A DNA stretch of 64,000 bases, from NCBI RefSeq assembly GCF_000181795.1, contig NW_003526943.1, positions 7,337,566-7,401,565 of the forward strand, read 5' to 3'. Each line of letters begins with the position of its first letter. The stretch's first letter is position 1. This DNA comes from Trichinella spiralis. Lineage: Eukaryota. The translations under genes and the position numbers were made by a program. Positions 13,901-28,154 of the stretch are shown here, in pieces. Below the pieces are notes generated by a model. That model was not told the origin of the DNA. It saw only the letters and a program-made list of their open reading frames with translations, and ran no database searches.

Positions 13901-15000
13901 AAATGAAACCCGATTGTACCTAATTTATCTCAAATTTTTTTAAATTTTCATTTCAATCCCTGAATTGCAAAATGTTATTTTGCCATATTTTCAGAAACCT
14001 TAGTTATGACGAAGGAATATCAAAACTGAACGAAGTTTATGGCAAACTGAAGAATGCAGTTTTTACAAGGTATGAATTCTTCTTGAGGAAGTAATGAGAC
14101 GATGAACTGCTTTCTTTCAAGCGCTCTATTGAGTTCAAATTTGTCTCTGCAGGACAGAATAGAGAAGAAATGATCTGCAATGGCATCATAAACAATTTGA
14201 GGTGTAATGAAATTCATGCGCGACTTCTGGAACACATTGGGCGAACTTCACTTGGAAAAGCTATGGCTCTAAATTCCGCAAAAAAATTAAAAAGCCTACA
14301 TCACTTCCAACCTGATGGTGCGTAGTTCAGGCTTCTTGTTCAGTTTTGTTTTTAACCTCATTAGCTGCAAGGCGACCAGCAACTGTTGTACAGTGTGCTC
14401 ACCAAGAATGCGGATTGCTTTATCATCAGAAACGTGCACATATACACGAAATTTAAATTAGATGTAATATTTGCATCTCCAATAGCTAATGTCATTTAGC
14501 TCTCTCTCCTTCAAACACAGAAATATAAGGTATTACAGTTTTCAGTTTTCTTTCTGCTATCAACGTAAGACACAGACTTCTTGAATGAAATATGGGAAAA
14601 AATGACTGACAGTGAGCAATTGATGAGAGCTCGACTATAGGCTTCTTGGTGATAAAGCTGTCAAGCGCCAGCTGTGTCTTCTAACGTCTTATCTCATGCA
14701 GAATTTTTTGATGACAGGATATCAATTCCAGAATCTTATGTTTTGCATGAAACGTTGCTCAAAATCAGGATCCTGTTTTATGAAATGGTCCCTGATTTGT
14801 TGTTGTTAGAATGTTAGATCTGTTGTTAGAATTCTCACAGGTATATCCACCTTTGAATCAATGACTGCTGGTTCATTATCAGTGCATATCTCTGCCAGTT
14901 ATTTCAAGTCATCATTGCTAAGAGTTTCGTTGTGAGATAATTAACAGAGCACACTAAAAATATGTAACTGAATATCTGAAATATAAAGGAATTCAAAACA
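11000..15000. mobile_element. Patchwork of heavily degraded DNA-transposon remnants (piggyBac/hAT/MULE-like)
   Basis: Broken reading frames with no splice-consistent gene. A minus-strand fragment 'CGKKTTTKG' near 12150-12175 resembles a piggyBac C-terminal Cys-rich tail. Boundaries are approximate. Confidence 0.35.
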
Positions 15001-15479
15001 ATTACCATAAATGATTAATAGAATGCATGAAATAACTCAAATACCATGATGCAATAAAATCGTTCTACAGATGTTAAAAACACTTAGCTAAACTTTTAAC
15101 TTTAAAGGAAAATGAATTACGTGACAGCGTTAGGCAGAGAACGCCTGTAATAGACTTATGAACACTACACATTGATTTCATTAAATATTGTATCTTAGCT
15201 TTGATGTTCCTTTGGCATTTGTTTTACATGGCAAGTACTTTAAATAACATAGCTGAAGAATTTCAAAATAAAATAATATTGTGACGAATACAAACGTAAA
15301 GGTTTTGACATTAAAAAAAATAATACTGTATGGCCACCAGGTAACAGACGTCCAAATGCTCACTACCATTAGGTAGGGAATCTTAGGAACATTCATACCA
15401 GAAATGGCGTAGAAAGAGAGAGAGAGTCACCAACGCAAAAATATATGGCACCTGATCGATAAAATGGAGTCGCGTGAGA

Positions 15480-16030
15480 CTTGATCATCAGGAAGGTTAC
15501 GTTGGTTGTTGGCGTGAGGAGAAGCAGTCAGTTGATGTTGGTGTGCTGCGGTCGGTTGGTGGACAACCTCGGTGTTACTGAGCTCTCCGTGGTGCCGTGG
15601 AGTTTACGTGTCTTACTCGTGCAAACGAAAGACTGAACGCTGTGACTCAGATCCACACACAGCCAATCCCACGCAACGACGGGACCCTGTACACCATAGA
15701 GAGAGCAGTGGTTCAGCACACTTGACCCAGGGCACAAGTATTATCAAGTTGAGGTGGATGAGGCAGATAGTGAAAGACGGCTTTCTCTATAACCCTGGGA
15801 GTCTGATAGAGACTGTGATGCGTGGATTTACCTGGAAGACTTCCTTCTTCCATCTCGACGACATCATCATGTACAAGAAAGAAAGAAAAAATGCACCTGG
15901 AATGACTCACAGAGGTGATGCACTGACTAAACTTCGAATGGCTGAAAATCAGACTTGATAACTGCCATACTATGCGGAGGAGTTTGCGAAACTTAGGGAA
16001 CACAGTGACACTGTAGGACATCCAATAGCA
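15480..16030 (+). mobile_element. Ty3/Gypsy reverse-transcriptase relic
   Basis: 'SLIETVMRGFTWKTSFFHLDDIIMY' matches the Gypsy RT pattern RLMETVLRGLxWKxCLVYLDDIIV (YLDD changed to HLDD). It is followed by a stop-interrupted 'HLE*LTEVMH*L...LKIRLDNC' in another frame. Confidence 0.7.
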
Positions 16031-17347
16031 AATGAATAAGAATTAGGCAACAGAAGGCGGCAGAATATGATAAAGGGTTTTATTTACAAATGACTCCCTC
16101 ATTATAGAGTTCCTTCGCTGGTATATGCGAACATGAAGACATACAAATGCGGGAAGACAGCGACGGGAGAAAGGGAGTGGGTAAGCCATGAAAAATGGCG
16201 TTTGAGGTCTAACAGGTAAAGAATGCGAGATGGGCGTACCATCAAAGAGCAGAAAGCAGAACAGGACAGCGCATACAAATTTTCATGCTTTAAATAATGG
16301 AAATTCTTGAAATCAAAAATCAACATGTCGATTCATACTTAAACACTACATATCTATTTGTTTTTACTACAGTAGATACCTATTCAGAGTGAACATACTG
16401 TAATAAGTTGACAAATGACAGACATTGTAATGTACAATCCCTAATCACATAAATAAAAGTCACTTCATGATAAAGCATCAGAATAACAGTTGTTGGCGCC
16501 TAAACAAGCACGTCTAGTTAAATGTATGAAACAGAAGTTGCCAATTCAAAGTGACAAATCCCTTTTCCTACTTTAGAATTTGCGCAGTGCAAAGACAAGA
16601 GGCAAAACAGTTAGGAAAGCAACGAACACATAATCAGACAGCAAAAGAAAAGAAATTCTAGATATGTAATGAATAAACACAAAAAGCGAAAACAATTGAA
16701 AACAATGCTTGCAATAATGGATTGAAAGTGTTAAAAAAATAATGAATAAAAAATTTTATAGAAATAGATAGTAATACTTTAAATAATGAATCACATTCCT
16801 ACATGAAGCTAATAAAAAACCATTATATTCAAAGCATGTAGAAAAGTTTGCAAAAAATAATTATTATTCCATTTGTCATTTTAACTCTCTAGAATTCACA
16901 TCGTATCATGTACGCAGGTCATCATTCGTAAACGTTCATAATAATTACTTTTATTTGAAAAGTACAACAACAGGGTAATTTTGTAATACCCTTTAATACT
17001 TGAAACGGCTGAACAGAGTATAAAAAAATCATAACTGTGATGTTAAAAGTAACGGATAAAATGTTACTACAAAACTACAATATTAAATAGAATTTAAATA
17101 AATTTCAGCAATACGTCTGTCATCAAAATACTAATTTATATAAATTATTGAACAAACTTTAATTCTGCACAAAACCGTTTAATTGAAATAGCCATTATAC
17201 ATGAATCTCTTTGAGGCCCTTCGTCCACCACTTTCACACTCGATGTAATAGCAGGATGACAAGAATCGGTGGAATTTTGCTGCACTAAACCAAGATTATA
17301 TAAATAGTCCGGTGGTTCTTCTTCCATAATGGAGCTGACATCATATT

Positions 17348-18342
17348 TCAAATAAGCGCTGCATTTGTACCGTGCGCAATTTTTATCGTCTCTAATTCTG
17401 CATTTCGTTCTTCAGGATCAGTTCGTGGTAAAGCATTTCTTCCATTAAACATTGCAGTTCCAAATAATGCAGCTTGAGGACGTGCCAGAGTAAAGTCGAC
17501 AAAAACATTATCCAGGACTGCATGATCATCAGGATCACGTGCCCCACTGGGTTCTGCCACTTTTTGAAATAGCGACGCCAACTTCATATTACAACTGCAC
17601 TCCTCAGTCAATTTCGTTGATTCCTCTAGCTTCTTCTGATAAATTTCAACGATACAATACTTCGCATGACAATGTTCTGCATGCAGGGAACGCAGTTTCA
17701 GAAATTGTCTGTAATATTTACAGTTAACACTGCGGTGACAGATAAGCATATGATCAAGATTGCGCTTTATCTTCCGACAATAAAACATTGAACAGTCGTT
17801 ATCTGGGCAATGGCGATAATGTTCTTCTTCTTCTTTCATTCGTGAAATGCATTCGCTACTAATTGGACTTGCACGATGCGCTGTATATTCGTGAATGCCC
17901 ACTGCTTTCATCGATTCCATATTGTGTTCATGATTGGAATTTTCATAACAAGCTCGACATAAATGGAATTTCTATAAAAATCATTTTCACTTTAACAGTT
18001 CTGAAACTGAGCAATGTATGACTGGAAAGAAGCACAAACGTACTACACAGATGGTACAATGAAAAATAGCATCCGTTCCCTTGCAACATGCGCATGTGGT
18101 CTGGAATTTGTCTTCCTCTTTTGTATGGAATTCCGTGAAATCAATCATATCTTTTCCTTTCGCAGATTCTAAACCTAAACATTTTTGAAATCATTATAAT
18201 TAAACATTTATACGTGAACACATTTCAGACATGTTAGAAATAAAATTTTCATAACATACTCAAAATAGTGCCTAAATTTATTAAAACTTCTTTTTTTATT
18301 TAAATACTTATTACCTTTCGTTTGTAATTGACGATCAGACAT
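17348..18342 (-). CDS. ~260-aa stand-alone ZZ + TAZ2 zinc-finger protein derived from CBP/p300 (no HAT, bromo or KIX domain)
   Basis: Exons 18342-18315, 18174-18044 and 17971-17348 join in frame. ZZ: CACCKGTDAIFHCTICVKFHLCRACYENSNHEHNM. TAZ2: HYRHCPDNDCSMFYCRKIKRNLDHMLICHRSVNCKYYRQFLKLRSLHAEHCHAKYC. Confidence 0.8.
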
Positions 18343-19022
18343 ACTTTTTAGGTAGAGACGCAATCACGCAAGTATTATAAAATAAAAATATTCTCAATGC
18401 ACACACAGACACACACCCGCACGTACTTGCACACGCAGAAACACACGCACACGCACAAAGCGCAAATGAAGTTTAAACAATAATTCCCTTTAATGTATGG
18501 TACAGTTAAAAATAATCAAGTATTAAAAATTATAGTAAAAATATCAATTTCAGTATGGCTAAAATGAAAAATAATTTTTATAATGAATTATAAAAACCAA
18601 TTGTATTTCATATATAGCAATGATAACCATAGATAGATTGTATTTAATTTGCATGTTCTCAGTACCGGTATTATAATATGGTCAATTGTCGACACTCAAG
18701 TGGCAATGATGTCACACTATGGCACAGGTAATTCAAATCATCGAAAGGTGAAGTAATACAAAAATGGAGCTTTTGCAATAAAAGTTTTTTAAGCAGAGAA
18801 ATCCATTTATATCCGTATATATAAAGTGCATGGATATAAAAGTAAAGGTAAGCACGACTACTAATAAGCACTTGGAATAATCGTGAAAAACGGAGCTTAC
18901 CACTTTGTACGAAACTTCTTTCGTCCTTTCCTGTACAGCTTTACTAGTGCAACTATACTGGCATAATAATGTCGATGGATTTTTTCTTTATACTATAGAG
19001 ATTCATTTAGTTTCAGCGAACT

Positions 19023-20180
19023 TTAACCCCTTGACTTAGCATGATTCATCTGTTCGTAGCATATCACAGCGCAAGTATGTTTTGAACAGCTCCTTGCTGT
19101 TGAAAAATGGATATTTGTCTGTATATTTTTAATTAACGTTTGTGTGTTTTCTGTGGTTTTGATTATCAGTTGTTGCAAACACTGCGTGAAAATCAATAAC
19201 AGATGTTATGATGAGAAATTTCTTCTGAAAACTCCATTTTTTAAGAGAAGATTCAGTACTCGATCATGAACATTTGTGTTGATTGTAGAGATTTCTATTG
19301 CCTACATAGCCGGATATGTGGAGTCGGATTCTGATTTGTAATGTTATTTTTAATTGATTGTAGATTAAATTTCTGCATATATCTGTGATAACAATTTTGA
19401 CTGTAATGCCAATGAAATAGCGGCAATTATTTCACCTCTCTCGAGGATGCTACATTCAGTCATATTTTCATGAAAGCAGCATGAATCAGACACACGTAAT
19501 GTTATTGGAAGAGCCGCTGTTATGGCTGTTGTCACAAAATGTAAATCAAAACTGCATTTCTACCTATTCTATTTTGAGAATTTCAAATTTGAACAACTTA
19601 TACATGTGAAGTTATTCCTTTTTTAATTTGCTCTGCATAATTTTCATCTTTGGATTAGTGCATAGAAATTCTGCATAGAAATATAACTGAACATGTTTAA
19701 AGAATTTTTGTTTCATTCACTGAGGAATCAACTCAGCAATTTCTTATGCAAATGATTGTCATACGATTTACTTGGAAGATCATGTTATTATTTACCAGAA
19801 ATGTAAATGGAATATGAAATTGATACAATATATCCTGAAAGAATCATTATTTTTATTTCAAATCAGTATTTTCATTCAATATGCGTTTTATATAAATGTG
19901 CACTGTTGGTTGCTCATTGCATTTTTTTGATAGGAAATGTTCAGCAGTTAGTGTTGGGAATTTCTGCTAGAGAGCTGTTAATTATTCTCAGGTCACAATT
20001 TTAGCAGGTTATTTTGAAAGCAGAATACGAAGATATTTCATTTCTTTATATTTATTTGAGTTTCATAGTATTGTACGAACTTTTGAAAATTGACTATAAT
20101 TTGCATAGGAAATCTTACATCTTCCAGCAGTCTTGAAAGTTTTCCATCAAAAGCAGGCTATTCAATATGGAAGTGAATAT
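19023..20180. mobile_element. Possible degraded piggyBac-family element end
   Basis: TTAA followed by CCCC at 19023-19030, then non-genic sequence with broken frames. The right boundary is a guess. Confidence 0.3.
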
Positions 20181-20781
20181 AGTAGCGGTAAGCGTGCAAT
20201 CGAAAAAGTTTAAACCAATGAACAATGAGACAATAAGAACAAATTAAAAAGCGTCATCAGCGTCCAATGAAATTACACTCTCATCGACGAATGAAAAAAC
20301 GCGCTGAAAATCGCAACTTTGGGATAGTATGAAATGTTTTGCAATTTAATAAACTTACTTGTCATTTTTTGATTACAGTACGCAGTGATGTTTTTCTTTT
20401 GTTAAATTTCCATTTAGAGTTGAAAGCTATCAAAGGATTATTACCGTCTGATAGTATGTGTTGAAAGAATTATAAGTTGTTTCTTCTACTTCAGACAAAT
20501 AATAAGTTTACTTTTATATGCAAAATGAGTAAGACATTGCAAAGCGAAAAAATTGTATTAGTGAAAAAAATAGGAAAACTAGGTGAATACTATTATGAAT
20601 AATCAGTAGAATTTAGAATATAAATTTGAATTGAAAACTGTAAAGCATCGATTGTCTTTTTAACAGTGGAAATGTAACTGACGCAATTGAGAGTGCTGAT
20701 GAGTGATTGGTTGAAGAAGAGAAAATCCCATCAAATGAACAGAAAGCAGAAGAAGAATTGGTTTATTTGTTGAGATTTTTT

Positions 20782-21438
20782 TCAAACAGTGGAAAAGTCG
20801 TACAGTTTGCGTACCATTAGTTGGGCGTCGGTGGTGATGTTGTCGTCGACGACGAACACTTGTTGGCCATGTTTGAAGTAATCTTCGAAAGCGATGGCTC
20901 TGCGGACGGTGAGGCCAAATTTGCGGAACAGGGACTGGGAACGGCCGTTAGTGGCTACCGAGATCACATACCGACACTGCCAGTGCATGGCCATGGTTAT
21001 CGACCGTTCGGTCAGGCGTTTGGCAAGACCAAGACCGCGGCTGGTGGAGCCGACGCTGAGCAGCACAATTTCCAGATATTTCGAATCCGGCACAAGCAGC
21101 GTGTGCATGTCGGATTTCAAATTTTCGACCAAAGTGAAAACGGTTTGGAACTTTTTGGAATGGCCGCTGAAGTCGGCCGCAGTTTGCTGACCTACAGTAC
21201 CCAGCTCGTTCAGGGCGCAGGCGACGATCTTGCCGGTTCCACTATCGCGGAACATGTACGATACGGCGTTGCGCATACACCGGCTGATCAGCTGCCTGTA
21301 TCCGGAACGGGCCTCTTCTGCAGTAAGCTGCACCGCCTTATCCAAGGGCTCGTCGTGGACAAAGTCCGTCAGCAAAAATTCCAAAACCTCTTCCAAGTGT
21401 TCCTCTTCGATCAGTTGCAGTTGATACTTGTCGTCCAT
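20782..21438 (-). CDS. GNAT-family acetyltransferase, arylalkylamine/dopamine N-acetyltransferase-like; single coding exon
   Basis: 218-aa ORF from MDDKYQL with 'EFLLTDFVHDEPL', the acetyl-CoA motif A 'LEIVLLSVGSTSRGLGLAKRL' and 'ATNGRSQSLFRKFG'. Confidence 0.88.
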   Translation of the reverse strand: MDDKYQLQLIEEEHLEEVLEFLLTDFVHDEPLDKAVQLTAEEARSGYRQLISRCMRNAVSYMFRDSGTGKIVACALNELGTVGQQTAADFSGHSKKFQTVFTLVENLKSDMHTLLVPDSKYLEIVLLSVGSTSRGLGLAKRLTERSITMAMHWQCRYVISVATNGRSQSLFRKFGLTVRRAIAFEDYFKHGQQVFVVDDNITTDAQLMVRKLYDFSTV

Positions 21439-21600
21439 TTGATCAATGAAGAGAAAAAAGATACTAATCAAAAGCCACAGCAAAAGCAAATCTACCAACT
21501 GAACGCTGTTAAAGAGCACGTAGAGATAGAACGAACGACCAGGACGTTCAGAGCAAATCAACAAAACTGGTGCACAACCGCAGCAACACTAATAGCAATA

Positions 21601-21620
21601 GCAGCAGCAGCAGCAGCAGC
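21601..21620. repeat. (GCA)n microsatellite
   Basis: gcagcagcagcagcagcagc read directly. Confidence 0.85.
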
Positions 21621-22258
21621 GGCAACAATCCTGTTTGTTTTCAAGCACGTCTCAACGGCCCAGAAAGACAACAACAGCGTTGCCGAAATTTACCACCGCC
21701 TTTCTGAAAAGCAGGGCATTTGAACAATTTTTCATTCATTTCAATTTATATATTTCTTCATCTTTGCAAAGAATATGCTCAACAATTTTAATGGAAATAA
21801 ATTATCCATTCACAATTTCGATTATCAGAATTTTTGCTTCGCACAATTGTTGCATTTTTCTAACAAGCATGAACAACAAATCGAATTTTTTACTGCCACC
21901 ATAGTGATTGACATCTGTCATGTGCGAATTGGCAAAGCTGGCGGAGAAAATTCAATTTTTCGTCATTATAACGAAGTTGAAAAATAATAATAAATTATTC
22001 ATGGCTGCATATGAGATGACAAGAAAATTTTTCTTCCAATTAATAAAAGAAATTTCAATCAAAATATCGTACTGTTTCAACGTTTTACAGTTTACTGTAA
22101 ATCAAGATTAATTTCAACTTCGTATTTGAATTGACAAAATTGGAAAAAAAATTTCAAGTCATAAAATTGTTATTAAATTTATTTTTTGATTGAAAAACAA
22201 ATTCCAAAATATGTTGTTGAAAGTAGGTTTTTTTTCTGATTTTGATTTCATGTAAATT

Positions 22259-23948
22259 TTATTCTTTTGTAGTTGGCAATAATATTCGACTGTTGTGTTG
22301 AACGGAGTTTTGTCTAGTTGCTCGCATGTTCATCACTTGCGTGACCAAGTCGGCCATGCTGAGTTTTCTTCTATCTGTCCCACCTCGAGCTTCGACGCTG
22401 TTTTCAACTACCGACTGCAAATGAAGAGGAATTCTGAAATGGAATAATTAAATTAAAATAATTGATAAAAACAATATGCGGTAGTTTGATGAAATAAAAA
22501 TAAAATATTAAGAAGAGTAGAAATACTCGAGCCCGGCCACTGAAGGCTTGAATGGCGGTCGTTTGGGGTGGAGCTTGCTCTTTGTATCCGGGGTTTTGAT
22601 TCCATCTTTCTTCCAGTGCATGTCTTCTTTGATCGGCGGCAAACTGTCGTACAGATCGTCGACAATTAAATACGAGATGTGAATATTTCTGTCAATTATG
22701 TAATTCACCCTGTAAACAAAAAAAAATCAAATAAACAAACAAACAAGCAAACAAACAATGTCGATTGACTCGAAATCGTCGTCGTCTTCTCCGAATGGAT
22801 TCAGCAACACTTCGGCCACTTTGAGCAGACCAACGTAAAAGATGAATTCAAGAACAGTGAAAAATGGAAAATAAGACGCTTCCAAAGCTTCGTCCGAATT
22901 CAAATCAAACTGCCGTGAAAGAAGACAAATGAGGAAAAAGCTGTACACCGCTATGGTGACTACCTTAACAAGAGGAATTAAAAATAGGATTGATTAAATT
23001 AATTTAAACCTGCGTGTAAACCAATGGCACCGGAACCCAGTCGAGAGCTGACATCATGCCGATCGTGCCTCGAATTTGTGTAATTTCCTGTGTAATGCAA
23101 GAAGAATGCTTTTTTAATTTTGGACAATGCAAATTGAAATTTCACTTTTCACATCCAACCCTGATCATATTTTTGTAATTGACCATGCTTTCGATTCTTC
23201 CCTCCATGCGAGCCTTGTCGACCAAATTCACTGCCCACTGAAGCGGCAACCAGAAGAGATACACTGATTTGTGGGTTTCCACGGATAATTCGTGCATTTT
23301 CAATTCAGTTTCAGTAATAAATCCTGAAATGAAATTATTCATAAAATAAAATTATTAATTTATCAAAGAAAAAGAAGAGCACTGACCAGAACTGACCAGA
23401 TGATTCATGGTTGGAAAACGCTTTTTCACAGCCGTGCTAATGTCCCGTAAGACGAACAAAGCGGACAAGTTGATGTAACGCACCAGAGTTCGACGAATCA
23501 ACCGCGCTCGTTCATCATTTCCCCTTACGTAGCATCCAATTATCGATGCAATTCTTGAAATTGGAAATTGCATCATCATTTTATTCAAATTGAACAAAAA
23601 GAACATTTTTGCATAATTTCAAACAACTGCTCACCTGTCCGGCCAGCAGATGTTCAAAAAGTTGGTCCACCAACGGTTGGCAATTTGATTGACAAAAAAG
23701 CTGAGCACAAATGTGATCGGGATGTATTCCTTGCCGGCGGCGAACAGTTGAGAAATTTGGTAAAAAGTGCGCTGTTGGCTGCTGTCCAAAGCATGCCTGT
23801 ACACCAGATTGAGCGTGTAATGGAGCAGAAGATATATTAGCAAATCTTTGTAAATAATTTTATACACACTGCCACGCCACAACAGCAACAATCTGGCAAA
23901 AGTGCTCAGCGTTGAATTGGAACACGAAGATGAATAAGTAACGGTCAT
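22259..23948 (-). CDS. best: Bestrophin anion channel
   Basis: Spliced gene with [23 protein letters not shown]...RWW...WPDR, 'KKRFPT', '[12 protein letters not shown]' and '[13 protein letters not shown]'. The last exon reads ...ILLPTTKE* with the stop at 22259-22261. Confidence 0.95.
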
Positions 23949-26900
23949 TTAGCATTGATGGATTTCAAATTATAAACCATAAATAATAAATAATCAAACA
24001 AACAAATAAATAAATAAATAAACAAATTTTCTCAATGGAAAAGCAATACGGCTAATGCAGTTGATGATAATGGCAAGAAACTGGGAAAGCTCTAATGACA
24101 GTCTCTTGCAAACTGACACTGTTCACCAGAGCTAACATCAGCCATTCAAAGCAGCCAATCCTTTTCTACAGTCAATCTCTGTGTACACACACCTGAATGA
24201 CTACAAGAGATGGCACAGCACGCCACAACAATCATTCAAATTAGCCAACAACAATTTCGCACACAACAAAACCAAAAACAAACAGCACACAACAAAAGTA
24301 AAAAACATTAAAATATACAATGTCAACAAATAATTAAATAAGCATTGTCATTTTTTTCTTTTAATTTATCTATAACCTTTAATATCAGTATTAGTCAAGA
24401 GTAAATTCACAATAAACTGCTTGAATTGATGACCGTAAAAAATATATAAAAGAAAATCATTTCCACAAATTGACATTATTCAAACCATTTCGTAAAAAAG
24501 TTCTATTGTAATTTTTTGTCGAACTATTTCCATTTTTATACAATAAAAAAATGCAAATGTAAACGCACATTATGAAATATTTATCAAATTATGCTCCCAT
24601 ATCATTATTATTATAGAAGCATTACTGAAATTCGAATAAAATATATGTTCGTATTTGTTGATTCAATTATAAGACAAATAAAAAAGAATATTTTCCATTT
24701 TAAAGTAACTTTGTTGTTACATAAATATATACATACATTCTTAACTGTATGCATAGATATACAATGAATGAAGTTTTCAATAAATTAGATCCAATTTAAT
24801 GATGTTCAAATGTTTATTTGAGACAAACAATTCTGACTGTTCAAGTCATAATTACAAAAATCATAATTGCATACACCGATGCACAATTAATTTCTTATTT
24901 TCAATAAAAATTCCGTGAAATAATATTAAAAAAATTTTTTTCTAATAAATAAAACCGCTTCTTTTGAATTATTCATCAATTATAATAATAATGCCAATTT
25001 TTCGTCACGATTAGCATTTAGTGAACACAAGAATTCGGGCCATGCTGTTCAAAAACTACTTGCAAATAAAGACTAGCACTCGAAAGATTTGCATTTGGAA
25101 AAGCCATTTGCTTTGGTTGAATTAGCAACCTGCTTTCAGAACTAGATCAATCTGGCCATTGATGCTAACAGCAGAAATTTCTTCTTTTCTTAATTTAACA
25201 GTGAAAAAAAGCAATATTAAAAACTGGAATAAAATTCATCATCGACTACTTTTTCATTAAATCAACAACATTTCAATTTCACCATATTTATTTGGGTAAG
25301 TTTTCAATCTTCCAACATGTCTATGTCAAAAATTTAAATTATTTTCTAATCAACGCAAATTTACATAATAATCAAATAAATAAATAACATCTTCTGCTAT
25401 TATCCATTGTCTCATTGTACATGCAATGGTAAATAGAATGACGAAAATGAACAGTAAGTACATTGGCATTTATTTTGCATTTTCAATCATCACCTGCAGC
25501 GGACAACAGTGGTACTGTTAGCTTCATTACAAAATTAGCAAAGACATCAGTGTAACATGTAGCACACCACAAAAATATCTTCTTCAACAACAACCAAAAC
25601 AATACTACTGACGCGTCCTATAACAAACACAATCTAAGTGAGACATTATATCCTGTGCTTGAAATTATTACTTCCATTTTTTCAGAGGGGGATTAATTGA
25701 TCAAATAAACATCATTAATTCAAAGTAAAGAAATTTAATAAAATCTAAAAAACTCATTAGCACAAACAAAAACGATTGTTCATACCATGGAAAAGTTTAC
25801 TCTTCGAAACAAATTCAAAAAATTAACAAAATTTGAATGACTAAAAACTAAATTTTTCAATAATTCGTTTTTTAGTGCAATTTTCATACGAAAATTTGCC
25901 AACTGCATTTTCACCTTTCATGCAAAGTAATATTAAAAACAATATTTTAACGGTGTAAATCGAAGCAAACTGTTCATATAAAAAAATAATAAAATAAATA
26001 TTGATAATTACATTTTTTCCGTTCAAAGATCCGTCGGCAGTGCTTTCAAATATGAAACTGAAACTTTTTTACTTATTAAATATAAATATGAACGTATTTA
26101 TAAACGTATTATGCATAATTAAATGTACTGCATATTAAACTTTCAAATTTTGAAGAATCCGAAAAACGCCTATGCACATTACTATATGCACAACTATTAT
26201 CAAATTAGACAGACTAATTTGCAATGTATAATTTGTGCAAAATTATTTTCAACTGAGATTCATCTGCTTTACATATGAAGTTGTAGTCCGAGTTTAAGTA
26301 ATAATAAATTTATTGAGTGACTGAAAATATGTTTTTTTTTGAACACATGGATTAAAATGAACAAAACATCGATACTTAGTCATCGACGTAAAACCAATAT
26401 TTTAGTATCATATTCGGCTTACAGAAATTTTAAACATTTCACTTTCAACGGTTTTCGTACAACCAATACCTGATATTATGCAAATGCTTAAGAACTACTT
26501 CATTTTTCAATTGATCTCTTTTCTAATTGCATGATCATTCTTATCAAGCAATTTAAATCCAATAACAACTCACATTTCATGAGAACATTTGAACAACATG
26601 CTTTCAGCGGAATGTACATTTTTTACAATATGCCAAAATTAAAATTGGTTAGCCAATCACTTTCATATTCTGAAAAAGAAACATCATCAAAAATTTCAGA
26701 TGTTGATACTGATTAATTACAATACATAAATGTATCATCTTTTAAATAGAAATGTAAGCTTTTAAATAATCTATTATCACAGAAAAAATATGAAAAAGCG
26801 AAAAATTTTCAAAGCAAATTATTTTGCATAGGAATGGAGGAAACTAATAAGCCATTAGCTCCAACTAACTATGCGTACACAATTGACGTATTACTGAACA

Positions 26901-28154
26901 ACAAATTACACTATAAACTTACGTAAAAATAGGCCAATTTTTCTGTTTGCACAGCGTAAAAATCAATTCGACGGCTACATCTTAAAAATATTTTTATACA
27001 ATTCAACATTGCGATGTTGATAATGTGGTTTAAATTAAATAGAGTAAGTGTCAATTGAATGGAAATCATGTTAAAATAAATAATATATATTCATAAAGCA
27101 ATTTCTACAAAACTTTTGTAACATCTTACTTCACAGGTATTCATCAAAAGTTACAAAAAATTAAGTGAAAGTTAGTTAATAAGTGAAAATGTAAAATTGA
27201 AAAAATGAAATTGTTTTCAAAAATGCTTCCATCAAACTGATTTTACAAAACAGTGGTCAGACTATTCATAACTGAAAATTTTCAACTAACCTAACTGAAC
27301 AAACTGAATACAGAACTGACAATCTAATCTGATAAACGGGAGACAATGCAGGCGCTCACATTAAAAGGAACTTAAACTGTAAAAATGTTATAAGTAAAAT
27401 TCAAAACGTTATATATAATAAATTTTGATATAATCAACGAGTCTATACTGTGGTAGCACTAAATAAACCAAAATTGGAAATAAAAATTCGCATGATGCAC
27501 CAAACTACACAAATGCAACAAATCAATTCCACGTTGATACTTTTTAAACCTTTTATTTATTAGTACTGTAGAACAAAGTAGTCATTTATTGCTGTCAGTT
27601 AAAGTGAACACACGAATCAATTTTATTTTAAAAAATATTCATTTTACGTTGGTTTTTTATGTAATATTATTTTACGAAATATTCAACCGTTAATGTACCA
27701 GAATGTATTACTGTACAGTACTTTCATTTTAAGTTTTATTTTAAAAAATAATAATAGTCATTTAAATAGCTTAAAAATGGCATCGAAATCGTTATTTTTA
27801 AACTTTCTTGTAAATATTTCGTAAAAATTAGCTTCAGCTCACATTACCGTATTCTGCTTTATTTTACATAACTTTATTTTCTACAGTAATGCAACAGTTC
27901 TGTTGTTTGATAATATTTTTTCGGCTTTTTATTTTCATGCTGAAGTAAATCACCGGCAGATTAATCATTTTATAACAGTGCGCAGGCTGTATTAAATAAT
28001 TTCTTACATTAATTTTTGTATATTTGCTGCATTATGTGGAATATCCAGACTTGCTATTTGATTAGATTAATGCAAATTATTTTTTGATTTAATTTTTATT
28101 TATGTAAATTAACTTTTGAATTAATTTCTGCAACTAAGTATTTTTTTGGACAAA

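Noticed and set aside
20821..21723. 300-aa plus-strand ORF
   Set aside because: It is the antisense shadow of the GNAT gene, with a non-ATG start and no recognisable domain.
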